Shown here: positions 19,876 through 28,755 of the stretch, one piece after another
Numbering within the stretch: position 1 is the first letter of the stretch
How the letters are laid out: each line of letters begins with the position of its first letter
NCBI GenBank assembly: GCA_023415915.1
Contig: JAEZIZ010000096.1
Location: 217 to 64,216 of the forward strand
Reading direction: 5' to 3'
Length of the DNA stretch: 64,000 bases
Origin: Bacillota bacterium
GTDB lineage: Bacteria; Bacillota; Clostridia; Christensenellales; SZUA-584
The notes under the pieces: model-generated
Seen by the model: the letters and a program-made list of their open reading frames with translations, nothing else
Told to the model about the DNA's origin: nothing
The model's database searches: none
Made by a program: the position numbers and the translations under genes

Positions 19876-20676
19876 TTAATTAATCATAGCTTCCATAGCG
19901 TCCAGGTAAGCGTGCGGATGCAGCAGGAAGTCAAATTTCTCGGGTGAGTTTATAAACTCTTTGTATACAGGAGACCCGAACCTGATTCCCAGATCGGGAT
20001 TTTCTTTGGGTTCTATCACCTCAAAATCAGGCAGGCGCTTATAATTAGAATTTTTAATTAGTTTTATCGCCCCGTTTTCGCGTACAGCGTATAAGCTCAA
20101 TCCGCGCTTCGCTTTTATTGGCTCATAAAAGAGCGGGCACGATACCACTGCGATGTTGCTGAAAAACAGCGGCCCGCTGCCTCCATTGATGGAACAATGC
20201 CCCCAGAATGGCGGTATTATGATCGCTTGTCCCTCTTTCACGCGCACGGCCTTTATTTGTTCTATATCAGGCTCCGGCTCTTCAAAATTCTTTACCTTTT
20301 GCAGAATATATATGGCTTCGCCTTTGAGTACCTCATAGACTTCCGGATAAGTGTAGTGCTGTCCTTCTATATAGCCGTGGTAATGCCCCGACGTTTTCTT
20401 GCATTCCCCGTTTATCGTGCCGGGCATTATCGCCGTTATGTCATAACGGAAATCATATTTGGCGTAAAGCGGACGATGCTGTTCAAACACTATATCGCGG
20501 TAAAAATCGTAGCAATGCTCTTGTTCATTCATGCCTTCTTCGTTATACAGCAGTCCCTTCAGAGCGGACGCGTTTTTTCCGCCGCCCCCCGCGCAGGTAA
20601 GCCCATCCCGGAACTCAAGCCGATATGATGTTTCGTCATACCAAATCGGAAGTCCGGAGTTCTTTAGTTCTTTCAT
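19876..20676 (-). CDS. Cupin-type sugar-6-phosphate isomerase (cPGI-like glucose-6-phosphate isomerase)
   Basis: TSGHYH(x12)EVYEVL and PPFWGHCSIN match the two archaeal cPGI signature blocks. About 80 extra N-terminal residues. Start at MKELK. Confidence 0.7.
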   Translation of the reverse strand: MKELKNSGLPIWYDETSYRLEFRDGLTCAGGGGKNASALKGLLYNEEGMNEQEHCYDFYRDIVFEQHRPLYAKYDFRYDITAIMPGTINGECKKTSGHYHGYIEGQHYTYPEVYEVLKGEAIYILQKVKNFEEPEPDIEQIKAVRVKEGQAIIIPPFWGHCSINGGSGPLFFSNIAVVSCPLFYEPIKAKRGLSLYAVRENGAIKLIKNSNYKRLPDFEVIEPKENPDLGIRFGSPVYKEFINSPEKFDFLLHPHAYLDAMEAMIN

Positions 20677-20693
20677 GTTCTGTCCTTTCATTA

Positions 20694-21677
20694 TTATTTT
20701 GCAAGCCGTCTGTTATCGCTTTGGAACGCTACAGCAACTATTATAATTACGCCTTTTACCAGTCCCGTAAGGAACGGGTCCACCTTGGCGGCAATCAATA
20801 TCGTTGAAATCATCTGCATCATAAGCGAGCCTAAAAACGTACCCGTCAGCCGCCCCCGGCCGCCGCTCATCGACGTACCGCCTATGGCAACGGCGGCTAT
20901 GGCGTCCAGTTCATATCCCGCCCCCGCGTTTGAAGCTGTAACGGACGACATGCGGGATGCGAGCAGGAACGCGGATAGCCCCGCAAGTAAGCCTGTCAGC
21001 GTCAGTATTCCCAGCTTTATATTTTTCGTTTTAACGCCCGCGAGTACCGTTGCGTGTTCGTTTGACCCCGTCGCGAACACATACCGGCCGAATTTTGTTC
21101 TCGTCAGCAGGAAACCTATGAGCAGCACAACACCTATAAAAAACAACGGCAGGAACGGTATCACACCGAAAAGTTTGCCCGTAGCAATGGCGCTGAAGCC
21201 GCTTTTCATTTCTTCCTTAACAGTAAACGGCCCGCCCTGTCCTATCTGAGTTATAATGGAACGGTAAGCGCTCTGGGTGGCCAGCGTAGCTATAAAAGAC
21301 GCGAGGCCCGCGTACGCGACCAGCAGCCCGTTCAAGGCGCCCAGCACTGCGCCGAACGCAAGGCAGAACAGCAGCGTGAGCATTATATCGTGCGTTTGGT
21401 TGAGCAGCAGCACGCCTATACCCGCAACGAGCGAGACTATGGAACCGACGGAGAGATCAATCATGCCGGAGATTATGACGAGAGTCATACCGCATGCTAT
21501 TATGCCCGTTATCGTCGAGTTGGAAAGCAGCGTCACAAGGCTCGAATAGCTTAAGAAATTCGGATTGAAAATCAGCGCTATTATCACCAGCGCTATGAAC
21601 GATATAAGGAAACTGTAATTCCTGTACAGTACCTTAAGGTTCTGTTTTTTAAATATGCTTCTTACTTTTACCGCCAT
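20694..21677 (-). CDS. Sugar ABC transporter permease (RbsC/monosaccharide type)
   Basis: 327-aa polytopic protein, ribose/xylose-type permease pattern. Sits in an operon with a tandem-ATPase gene. Confidence 0.85.
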   Translation of the reverse strand: MAVKVRSIFKKQNLKVLYRNYSFLISFIALVIIALIFNPNFLSYSSLVTLLSNSTITGIIACGMTLVIISGMIDLSVGSIVSLVAGIGVLLLNQTHDIMLTLLFCLAFGAVLGALNGLLVAYAGLASFIATLATQSAYRSIITQIGQGGPFTVKEEMKSGFSAIATGKLFGVIPFLPLFFIGVVLLIGFLLTRTKFGRYVFATGSNEHATVLAGVKTKNIKLGILTLTGLLAGLSAFLLASRMSSVTASNAGAGYELDAIAAVAIGGTSMSGGRGRLTGTFLGSLMMQMISTILIAAKVDPFLTGLVKGVIIIVAVAFQSDNRRLAK

Positions 21678-21680
21678 ATT

Positions 21681-23174
21681 CTAGACCGCCTTTCTATCAG
21701 ACCCGGTTGCATAATACATTATCGCCGCCTCGTTAAAGTCCTTACGTTCAAACTCTTTAGTAATCTGACCGCAGTACATGACGATACAGCGGTCCCCTAT
21801 TTTTGCGATCTCAGGGTATTCGGAGCTGAATACGATTACGCTTACGCCTTCTTCGGACAATTTGCTGATAAGTTTGTATATCTCAAACTTTGCGCCGACG
21901 TCGACGCCCTGCGTGGGATTATCAAATATATAGACTTTTGATTTAAGTTCCAGCCAGCGCGATATTATCACCTTTTGCTGGTTTCCGCCCGACAATGACG
22001 TTATCTCGTGCTTTGGACTGCCAACCTTAACGTCCAGCATATTTCTGCAGTCCTCAAAAACCCGCATCTGGTCGCGCCGTCTGATTACAAAATGCTTTTT
22101 CGAGTAAACAAATTGCGCTATAGTAAGATTGTCGAGCACGTTCATATCTTTTATTATCGAACGTTCCTTGCGGTTTCTCTGCACCATACCTATTCCGCTG
22201 CGCATGGTCGATTTTATCGACTTAAACTTTACCGGTTTCCCCTCAAGCGTAACGGTCCCGCCGGTGAGTTTACGCGCGCCAAACAGCGCTTCGGCTAGCT
22301 CGCCCCGTCCGTCTCCCTGCAAGCCTGTAAAAATAAGCACTTCTCCTTTATGAAGCTCGAACGATACGTCTTTGAAATAACCTTCACAGCTAAGTTTTTC
22401 AGCTTTAAGTACTACATCCTCGCTTGGCGCTTCTTTGTCGATATGGTCTCTTATATGCTGGCCTACCAGCATAGTTGTTGCTTCGTCCTCGTTAATTTCT
22501 TTAAAACTACCCGTTCCTACGCATTTCCCATCGCGAAGCACGGTAAAGCGGTCGCATATCTTAAAAAGCTCGGGCATCTTATGAGAGATATATATCATGC
22601 TGACGCCCTTTGCTTTCAGTTGCCTCATGATATCAAAAAGTTTAGTTATCTCTGTGTCCGACAGCGCAGTAGTTGGCTCGTCCATTATTATTACCTTCGC
22701 CTCGAACAACAGTGATTTTGCTATTTCTATAAGCTGTTTGTGCGATGTGTCGAGTTCGCCCACCATCGTATCGGGGCTTAAGCTGCCAAGGTTGACGCTT
22801 TGCAAAACTTCGGCAGCCCTCTTGCGCATATATTTTCTGTTTGTTACGCCGAACCGGTTCACGACCTCTTCCCCTAAAAAAAGGTTTTCATAAACCTTTA
22901 GATCGTTCACGAGGTTCAGTTCCTGGTGGATAAAGCGTATCCCCAGTTTGAACGCTTTCTTTTCATCGAGGTTTGTTATATCTTCACCGTTAAAATAAAC
23001 TTTGCCTGACGTCGGCCGCAATACGCCTCCAAGGATATTCATAAGCGTTGATTTCCCGGCCCCGTTTTCCCCCATCAGCCCGTGTATCTCTCCCTCGTTC
23101 AATGAAAAATCAACGTTATCCAATGCCCGGGTAGAATCAAACATCATGGTGATGTTTTTCATATCAATATACAT
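21681..23174 (-). CDS. Sugar ABC transporter ATP-binding protein (duplicated ATPase, RbsA type)
   Basis: Two NBDs (GENGAGKST Walker A; LSGGNQQK signature in the second). Start at MYIDMKN with GGAGA SD. Confidence 0.9.
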   Translation of the reverse strand: MYIDMKNITMMFDSTRALDNVDFSLNEGEIHGLMGENGAGKSTLMNILGGVLRPTSGKVYFNGEDITNLDEKKAFKLGIRFIHQELNLVNDLKVYENLFLGEEVVNRFGVTNRKYMRKRAAEVLQSVNLGSLSPDTMVGELDTSHKQLIEIAKSLLFEAKVIIMDEPTTALSDTEITKLFDIMRQLKAKGVSMIYISHKMPELFKICDRFTVLRDGKCVGTGSFKEINEDEATTMLVGQHIRDHIDKEAPSEDVVLKAEKLSCEGYFKDVSFELHKGEVLIFTGLQGDGRGELAEALFGARKLTGGTVTLEGKPVKFKSIKSTMRSGIGMVQRNRKERSIIKDMNVLDNLTIAQFVYSKKHFVIRRRDQMRVFEDCRNMLDVKVGSPKHEITSLSGGNQQKVIISRWLELKSKVYIFDNPTQGVDVGAKFEIYKLISKLSEEGVSVIVFSSEYPEIAKIGDRCIVMYCGQITKEFERKDFNEAAIMYYATGSDRKAV

Positions 23175-23262
23175 AATGAAATCTCCTTTTAGGCGATGTT
23201 CATATCGAAACAATGTGGATGCCCGGTATTTGGATGCCGGGCATCCCTAAACAAATTGACGC

Positions 23263-24339
23263 TTATTCCTCGCCGTACCTGTAGATGTATTCGTCCGACT
23301 TGCGATATTCTGCCTGATTGTCAAGCGTGATCTGCTCCACGGGAACGAGGTGCAGCCCTGTTTCGCCTGAACCGTACATTATGCCTGACGCAAGGTTGAC
23401 GCACTGGCGTATCATGCCCGGAGCGTATGTGTTCGTGACGACATTGATGCCATAGTTGTCAAGGGAAGACTGCATTACGTCAAGAACGGGCTTCTGGGCT
23501 CCCACACCAATGAGTATCTGTATATTGAGCTTGGCGGGACCTGAATATTGGGCTATGGCGTCAAGTATTCCAAGCAGAGGCTCGTCATCGTGTGTATAGA
23601 TCGCCGATATCTTCTCAATATCTTCTTTTGAAGAGTTCGACAGCCAGTTCGTCATGTCGTTAAAAGCTGTTTCACGCGACCACATCGTAACGAACGACTG
23701 AACAACTTCAATCTTCGCGTCCTTTTTATCCAAAAAGCTCTGTGTTCTTTCCACTGCGGCTTGAGACGTATCTCCCTGGAATTCAAGCACATAAATCGTT
23801 TCGCCCGCCGATATCCTGTCGGCGAAAAACTCGTTCATATACTCCGCCGAGCTTGTACCTACCGCGATCTGGTCGCCCGTCATCTCGGCCGTAGGTTCGA
23901 AATCGGGTATAAGCCTGTCATATACCACGAGCGGTATGCCGGCGTCCTTGATAGACTGGGCGGCGTTATAAAGCGGCGCACCGTCGATAGGCCACAGCAT
24001 GATCGTATCGAATTCATACATATCAAGCGCGGTAGCGATCTGGTTGGCCTGTTCGGAAGCTTCGGCCGTGTTATAGAGAACATAGTCAAAGTCTTCTTTT
24101 TCTTCTTTCAGCTTGTCAAGAGCACCTTTTGCCTGTTCTATTGACTCTGCCGTAAACCCGTGGTCAGCGCTCGGCATGAACACGCCCATAAGCATTTTGC
24201 CGTCGTCAGCAGGAGCCGCGCTTTCAGTAGCAGCGGGGGCCTGAGACTCGCTTGTCTGCGGAGCGGGCTGCTGGGCTGAGCATCCTACGAACGCAAGTGC
24301 AAGCAGCACACAAAGTACGAGTCCAAAAATCTTCTTCAT
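23263..24339 (-). CDS. Sugar ABC substrate-binding lipoprotein (periplasmic-binding-protein type I)
   Basis: Lipobox LAFVGCS, Ala/Pro/Ser/Gln-rich linker, RbsB-like body. Confidence 0.8.
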   Translation of the reverse strand: MKKIFGLVLCVLLALAFVGCSAQQPAPQTSESQAPAATESAAPADDGKMLMGVFMPSADHGFTAESIEQAKGALDKLKEEKEDFDYVLYNTAEASEQANQIATALDMYEFDTIMLWPIDGAPLYNAAQSIKDAGIPLVVYDRLIPDFEPTAEMTGDQIAVGTSSAEYMNEFFADRISAGETIYVLEFQGDTSQAAVERTQSFLDKKDAKIEVVQSFVTMWSRETAFNDMTNWLSNSSKEDIEKISAIYTHDDEPLLGILDAIAQYSGPAKLNIQILIGVGAQKPVLDVMQSSLDNYGINVVTNTYAPGMIRQCVNLASGIMYGSGETGLHLVPVEQITLDNQAEYRKSDEYIYRYGEE

Positions 24340-24385
24340 AATTTAATCCTCCTTTTATTTGTTAAACCGGCTGAACGGTTGTAAC

Positions 24386-25522
24386 CTATATGACGCTTAT
24401 CCACTGTCTTTTTTGGGCGCTTTCGAGTATCTTGTCGCATAATATCAGCTCGTGGCGTCCCGTCTCAAACGTTGCATACGGCGGATTCTTCTTTGGCGAG
24501 CCGATATCCGAATAGATTGCGCGGAAGCTGTTTTTGAACGCGTCCGGAAAGCCTTCGCCATGCCCGCCCGGGTAACCCGCATTTATGCGTACGGAACTGT
24601 CAAGCATGCCCGGATCCTTCTCAAACACACAGCTGTACTCGCCGCGGCGCCCCAGCCAAACCTCGTTGCACGTATCGCAGCACCATGTTGCTGACTGCTT
24701 GATACCTGCAATATTTATTGTTAATTCAGCTTTTCTTCCCGGTATTATCTGACTGAATACTGCGCAGCCTACGGCTCCGTTGCTCAGTCTGAACATCAGG
24801 TTCGCATGATCCTCCGTCGTTACTTTGATCTCCTCGTATTCCGCTTCTTTGTTTGAATCTACAAACGTCTGTACCAAAGATGTAGGTTTTTTGCGTTTCT
24901 CATGCAATATCTTAAAGTCGGCACAAACTTCGGTGACCGTCAATCCGGTGATGTTCTCTGCAAGGTCGAGCCAATGCGTCCCAATGTCTGAAACAGCGCG
25001 CGTCTTGCCCGATTCGGATGCCTCAACGCGCCAGTTATAGTCCGTATCGTATAGCAGCCAATCCTGGGCGAACTCTCCATAAACAGCGTGTATATCTCCG
25101 AATTCTCCGTTTTGCACCATTTGCTTCAATTGTGCCGTCATGGGATACCAGCGGTTATGATAGTTGACTCCATTAACGAGATTCTTTTCCTTTGCCTTGG
25201 CTATCATTCTATCCGCTTCTTCGATAGTGCAGCACATAGGCTTCTCGCAAACAATATTAATGTTATGATCCATGGCGTATAAAGCGATGTCGCAGTGAGT
25301 AAAGTTCGGCGTGCATATATGAAGTACGTCGAGCGATTCCTTTGCTATCATCTCTTTGTAATCCTTATAGGCCTTTGGTATGCCAAGCATGTCCGCCTTT
25401 TCAGCTGCGCCCGCCGAATCGGCAACCGCGACAACGTCCACGTTGCCCAGCCGGCGAAGCGCTTCTATATGAGCAACGCCTATAAAACCTACGCCTACGA
25501 TGCCCGCTCTGTATCTTTTCAT
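24386..25522 (-). CDS. Gfo/Idh/MocA-family NAD(P)-dependent oxidoreductase
   Basis: N-terminal Rossmann GIVGVGFIG ... CEKP motif. Confidence 0.85.
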   Translation of the reverse strand: MKRYRAGIVGVGFIGVAHIEALRRLGNVDVVAVADSAGAAEKADMLGIPKAYKDYKEMIAKESLDVLHICTPNFTHCDIALYAMDHNINIVCEKPMCCTIEEADRMIAKAKEKNLVNGVNYHNRWYPMTAQLKQMVQNGEFGDIHAVYGEFAQDWLLYDTDYNWRVEASESGKTRAVSDIGTHWLDLAENITGLTVTEVCADFKILHEKRKKPTSLVQTFVDSNKEAEYEEIKVTTEDHANLMFRLSNGAVGCAVFSQIIPGRKAELTINIAGIKQSATWCCDTCNEVWLGRRGEYSCVFEKDPGMLDSSVRINAGYPGGHGEGFPDAFKNSFRAIYSDIGSPKKNPPYATFETGRHELILCDKILESAQKRQWISVI

Positions 25523-25538
25523 TGCTATCCCCCCGTTT

Positions 25539-26534
25539 CTAGTTCTTCAGCGCCGCGTCGAACGCGATATCCGACGGCTTTATCCGCATATCCTTGATAT
25601 ATTTGCACGATTCCGTCGCGCCTTGTACGCGCTCCATTCCGCTATCTTCCCATTCAATGGAATATGGACCTTCATAGTGGATAGAATTCAGTTCACGTAT
25701 GATATCTTCGAAGTTAACCATCCCGCGCCCGACGCTGCGGAAATTCCACTTACGGCGCGTATCGCCGAAAGGAAGATGCGAGCCTATGATACTTGCCGTG
25801 TCGTCATTCGACACATAGACGTCTTTCATATGGCAGTGATAAATACGGTCGGGGAAATTACGGATAAAGATATGAGGCTTGATACCCTGCCAGAGTAAAT
25901 GGCTGGGGTCAAAGTTGAAGCCGAATACCTTGCGATAATCCAATACTTCAAGCAGCTTTTTTGCAGTCCAGATATCATATGCTATTTCTGTGGAATGCAC
26001 TTCAAGAGCGTATTTTACGCCTTGCCGCTCGAATTCATCGAAAATAGGTGTCCACAGTTCTTTGATGCGCGCATAGCCTTCTTCTATCATCTCGTCGGTC
26101 GTCTGCGGAAAGGAGTACCAGTAGTTCCATATCGGCGAGCCCAAAAAGCTTGTCGTGACCGAGCATCCCATATTTTTGCATGCGGCTGGCACGTGCATCA
26201 TCTGGTCAATAGCCCAGGCGCGCATCTCTTCCGGCTTGCCCTTAACTTTGGGAGGCACGAGATTGTTGTGCCGTATATCGTATGTATCCCCTACGATCTT
26301 TCCAGCGATGTGGCTTGCAATGGCAAACGCTTTGAGATTATACTTTTCCAGAATCTCGCGTTTTTGCTGAACATAGTTCATATCGGTTGCTGCTTTGATG
26401 ACGTCCATATGATCGCCGCCGCAGCCAATTTCCACTCCATCATAGCCCATCTTGCTTGCCAACTTGCATATCTCTTCAAAAGAGAGATCGCCCCATTGTG
26501 CGGTTAACAACGTTACAGGATTTTTCTCAGCCAT
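25539..26534 (-). CDS. Sugar phosphate isomerase/epimerase (xylose-isomerase-like TIM barrel)
   Basis: 331 aa from the ATG at 26534 (AAAGGA SD 8 nt upstream). AP-endonuclease-2/TIM-barrel pattern (GYDGVEI..., ALEVH, HCHMKD). Confidence 0.75.
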   Translation of the reverse strand: MAEKNPVTLLTAQWGDLSFEEICKLASKMGYDGVEIGCGGDHMDVIKAATDMNYVQQKREILEKYNLKAFAIASHIAGKIVGDTYDIRHNNLVPPKVKGKPEEMRAWAIDQMMHVPAACKNMGCSVTTSFLGSPIWNYWYSFPQTTDEMIEEGYARIKELWTPIFDEFERQGVKYALEVHSTEIAYDIWTAKKLLEVLDYRKVFGFNFDPSHLLWQGIKPHIFIRNFPDRIYHCHMKDVYVSNDDTASIIGSHLPFGDTRRKWNFRSVGRGMVNFEDIIRELNSIHYEGPYSIEWEDSGMERVQGATESCKYIKDMRIKPSDIAFDAALKN

Positions 26535-26613
26535 ACTATGCATCCTTTCATTAAATTAGTGAAATGATATCGAATAATGTTGATTTATTTAAATAATTCA
26601 TCATCCAATGTAT

Positions 26614-26641
26614 AGTTTACTACTTTATTTGCAATAGTCAA
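26614..26641 (-). promoter_or_regulatory. Candidate promoter of the 26.5-16.8 kb sugar operon
   Basis: On the minus strand: TTGACT, 16 nt, TAAACT, ~75 nt upstream of the first gene. Confidence 0.35.
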
Positions 26642-26826
26642 CAATTTTTTTAGTAATATCACAATTATTTTTATCGATTTAATATTTTTTATTCTAAATT
26701 TTGCAGTAATGTTAAATAATCGAATCAATTATTGCTTGTAAGCAAGGAATTACCAAATGCTAATTTGTTCTTATTTTTTCGCCGTTTGCACATTTTCTGC
26801 ATACAGATAATTTGTGTGAAAAATCG

Positions 26827-26860
26827 AAAAGTCCGATGATCCAGTATTCATCGGACTTTT
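26827..26860 (-). terminator. Hairpin terminator adjoining the displaced tRNA-Lys 3' remnant
   Basis: AAAAGTCCGATGA / TCATCGGACTTTT 13-bp stem with flanking A/T runs. Positioned like the hairpin at 55451-55482 next to the intact tRNA. Confidence 0.6.
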
Positions 26861-26862
26861 CT

Positions 26863-26909
26863 TGGTGACCCACCGAAGACTCGAACTCCGGACACCTTGA
26901 TTAAAAGTC
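26863..26909 (-). repeat. attR-like direct repeat: displaced 3' 47 nt of tRNA-Lys(TTT)
   Basis: Identical to 55489-55535 except A26876 versus G55502. Covers the CCA end, T-arm and up to the anticodon loop. The 5' half of the tRNA is absent. Confidence 0.9.
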
Positions 26910-27045
26910 TATTAAATACAATTTTCAAAGATACCCATAGAAGAAGTGAAAAGTCCCAGTACCCGCTTAAACACTGAATTCTGAGGCTTTTTACTGGTTA
27001 AAATAAATTCATTAATTTCATTGCTTTTCATGTTCTATTGTTTCA

Positions 27046-27066
27046 GATGCAGTAAAAATGCAGTAA
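27046..27066 (+). repeat. 21-bp repeat GATGCAGTAAAAATGCAGTAA (copy 1), itself an internal TGCAGTAA doublet
   Basis: Exact second copy at 55387-55407, same orientation, at the opposite island end. Confidence 0.85.
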
Positions 27067-27107
27067 AACTTTATAGTTAATGAAGATATCATTACCGCGC
27101 ATTTTGA

Positions 27108-27114
27108 CAGAAAC
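27108..27114. repeat. IS21 target-site duplication, left copy (CAGAAAC)
   Basis: The same 7-mer directly abuts the right IS end at 29656-29662. Confidence 0.75.
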
Positions 27115-27164
27115 TGTTTTCGGTAAAATGAAAATTGTGCAGATGGACCCCAAAAGTTTAGCAC
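27115..27164 (+). repeat. IS21-family left terminal inverted repeat
   Basis: tgttttcggtaaaatgaaaattgtgcagatggaccccaaaagtttagcac aligns with the reverse complement of 29605-29655. The inner ~23 nt are nearly identical. Confidence 0.8.
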
Positions 27165-27261
27165 CCAGATAGGATGAAAAGGAGCCATTGTCAGCGTTCC
27201 AAATAAACAGTTACCCTTTAAGATGTTGAAGTCTAAAGGGGGTAACAGAAAGGTGCTGAAA

Positions 27262-28755
27262 ATGGCTCAGAAACAGTATATCAAACATCTCTATGAAAAT
27301 GAAGAGAAGTCCTTGCGAGAGATTTCCCGGATCATGGACCTGAGTTTCCAGACTGTAAAAAAGTACGCCTACGAGGAAAACTGGAACCAGGCGCATTTAC
27401 CGAATGTCGAACCGTCAAACCATCCTCTGCTGGGGCCGTATATTGAAACAATAGACAAGTGGTTGGAGGAAGACCGGCGCGCACCGCGAAAGCAGCGGCA
27501 CACGGCATCCCGCATTCACGCGCGGCTGCAAGAGGAATGCGGGTATCCGGGCAAGTACTCCGGGGTCAAAAAATACGTCCGCAAAAAGCAGTATCTCATG
27601 CGGCAACAGGAAGCGGGCTTTCTGCCGTTGGCACAGCCAATGGGAAATGCGCAGGTGGACTTCGGAAAGATGGTCTACCACGATAGCCTTGGCCGCGAGA
27701 AGGACGGATATGCTCTGACGATCTCGTTTCCGTATTCCAACCACGCACTGACCCAAGTGTTCCCATCACAGAATCAGGAATGCCTGCTGGAAGGAATGAA
27801 GCGGATATTTGAACGGATTGGCGGTGTGCCGGTAAAACTCAAAGCGGACAACATGACTACCGCTGTGGCACAGGTGCTGGAAGGCAAAGAGCGCATTCTG
27901 TCGGATGGCTTCGCCCGATTCATGCTGCATTACCGATTTCAGGCTGAATTTTGCAATCCGGCTTCCGGCAACGAAAAAGGCAACGTGGAAAACAAGGTCG
28001 GCTACAGCCGCAGGAACTTCTTTGTACCGGTTCCCGTGATTGAAGACTTTGACGCCTACAATTTGGAACTGTTCGAGCGTTGTGAAAAGGACGCCGAGCG
28101 CGAGCATTACAAAAAGCACGTTCTGATCTGTGAGCTATGGGAGGAGGAAAAACAGAAGCTCCTGTATCTGCCGGAATACGAGTATGAGGTCTACCGCTAC
28201 GAAACCGCCCGGCTGAATAAGTATGGCTGCGCAGTCATTGAAACCAACAGCTATGGTCTTTCGCCGGAGCTTGCCGGGCAAACGGTACAGGCGAAGATCT
28301 ACTTCGACCGCGTGGAACTTTTCTACGACCACACGCTGCTCAAGGTGTATCCGCGCTGCTACGAACGGGATACCGAGGTTTTGGACTGGACACAGTATGT
28401 CGGAACGCTGTGCAAAAAGCCCCATGCAGTTGAGCATACCCGTTTTTTCCATCAGCTCCCCAAGCTATGGCAGGAGCATCTGTTAGCAACAGGAGGCAAG
28501 GAGCGAAAAAGCGCACTCATGTTGCTTTCAGAGATCGTACGGGACGGTAATGCTGCCCTTTGCGACGATACGCTTGCCTTAGCCGTTGAGTGCGGACGAA
28601 CGGATACGGACAGCCTGCGGCAATGCTACTATATGATTGCCAAGCGCGAATACCGTCCGCAGCCGCTTACGCTTACGGCGGCAGCACCTGCGTTGAACTA
28701 CAACCCCAACCTTACCGCCTACGATGGTCTGACGGGAGGTGCTCGGAATGTTTGA
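27262..28755 (+). CDS. istA: IS21-family transposase IstA
   Basis: N-terminal HTH (SLREISRIMDLSFQTVKKY), DDE integrase-like core, length ~500 aa. Start ambiguous (27223 or 27262). Confidence 0.9.
   Translation: MAQKQYIKHLYENEEKSLREISRIMDLSFQTVKKYAYEENWNQAHLPNVEPSNHPLLGPYIETIDKWLEEDRRAPRKQRHTASRIHARLQEECGYPGKYSGVKKYVRKKQYLMRQQEAGFLPLAQPMGNAQVDFGKMVYHDSLGREKDGYALTISFPYSNHALTQVFPSQNQECLLEGMKRIFERIGGVPVKLKADNMTTAVAQVLEGKERILSDGFARFMLHYRFQAEFCNPASGNEKGNVENKVGYSRRNFFVPVPVIEDFDAYNLELFERCEKDAEREHYKKHVLICELWEEEKQKLLYLPEYEYEVYRYETARLNKYGCAVIETNSYGLSPELAGQTVQAKIYFDRVELFYDHTLLKVYPRCYERDTEVLDWTQYVGTLCKKPHAVEHTRFFHQLPKLWQEHLLATGGKERKSALMLLSEIVRDGNAALCDDTLALAVECGRTDTDSLRQCYYMIAKREYRPQPLTLTAAAPALNYNPNLTAYDGLTGGARNV

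Noticed and set aside
19836-20698. Near-identical 20-nt strings (TGAAAGGACAGAAnATGAA) upstream of the HPS and cPGI genes, giving MKGQKMK/MKGQNMK ORF extensions
   Set aside because: They are best explained as a shared SD/translation-initiation context (GAAAGGA plus spacer plus ATG) at intercistronic junctions, not as a mobile repeat or a coding N-terminus.
25899-26507. 202-aa plus-strand ORF, and similar ones at 32627-33379, 35575-36075, 39577-40062 and 45323-45784
   Set aside because: Each lies fully inside a confidently assigned gene on the opposite strand, and each translation lacks any family signature.
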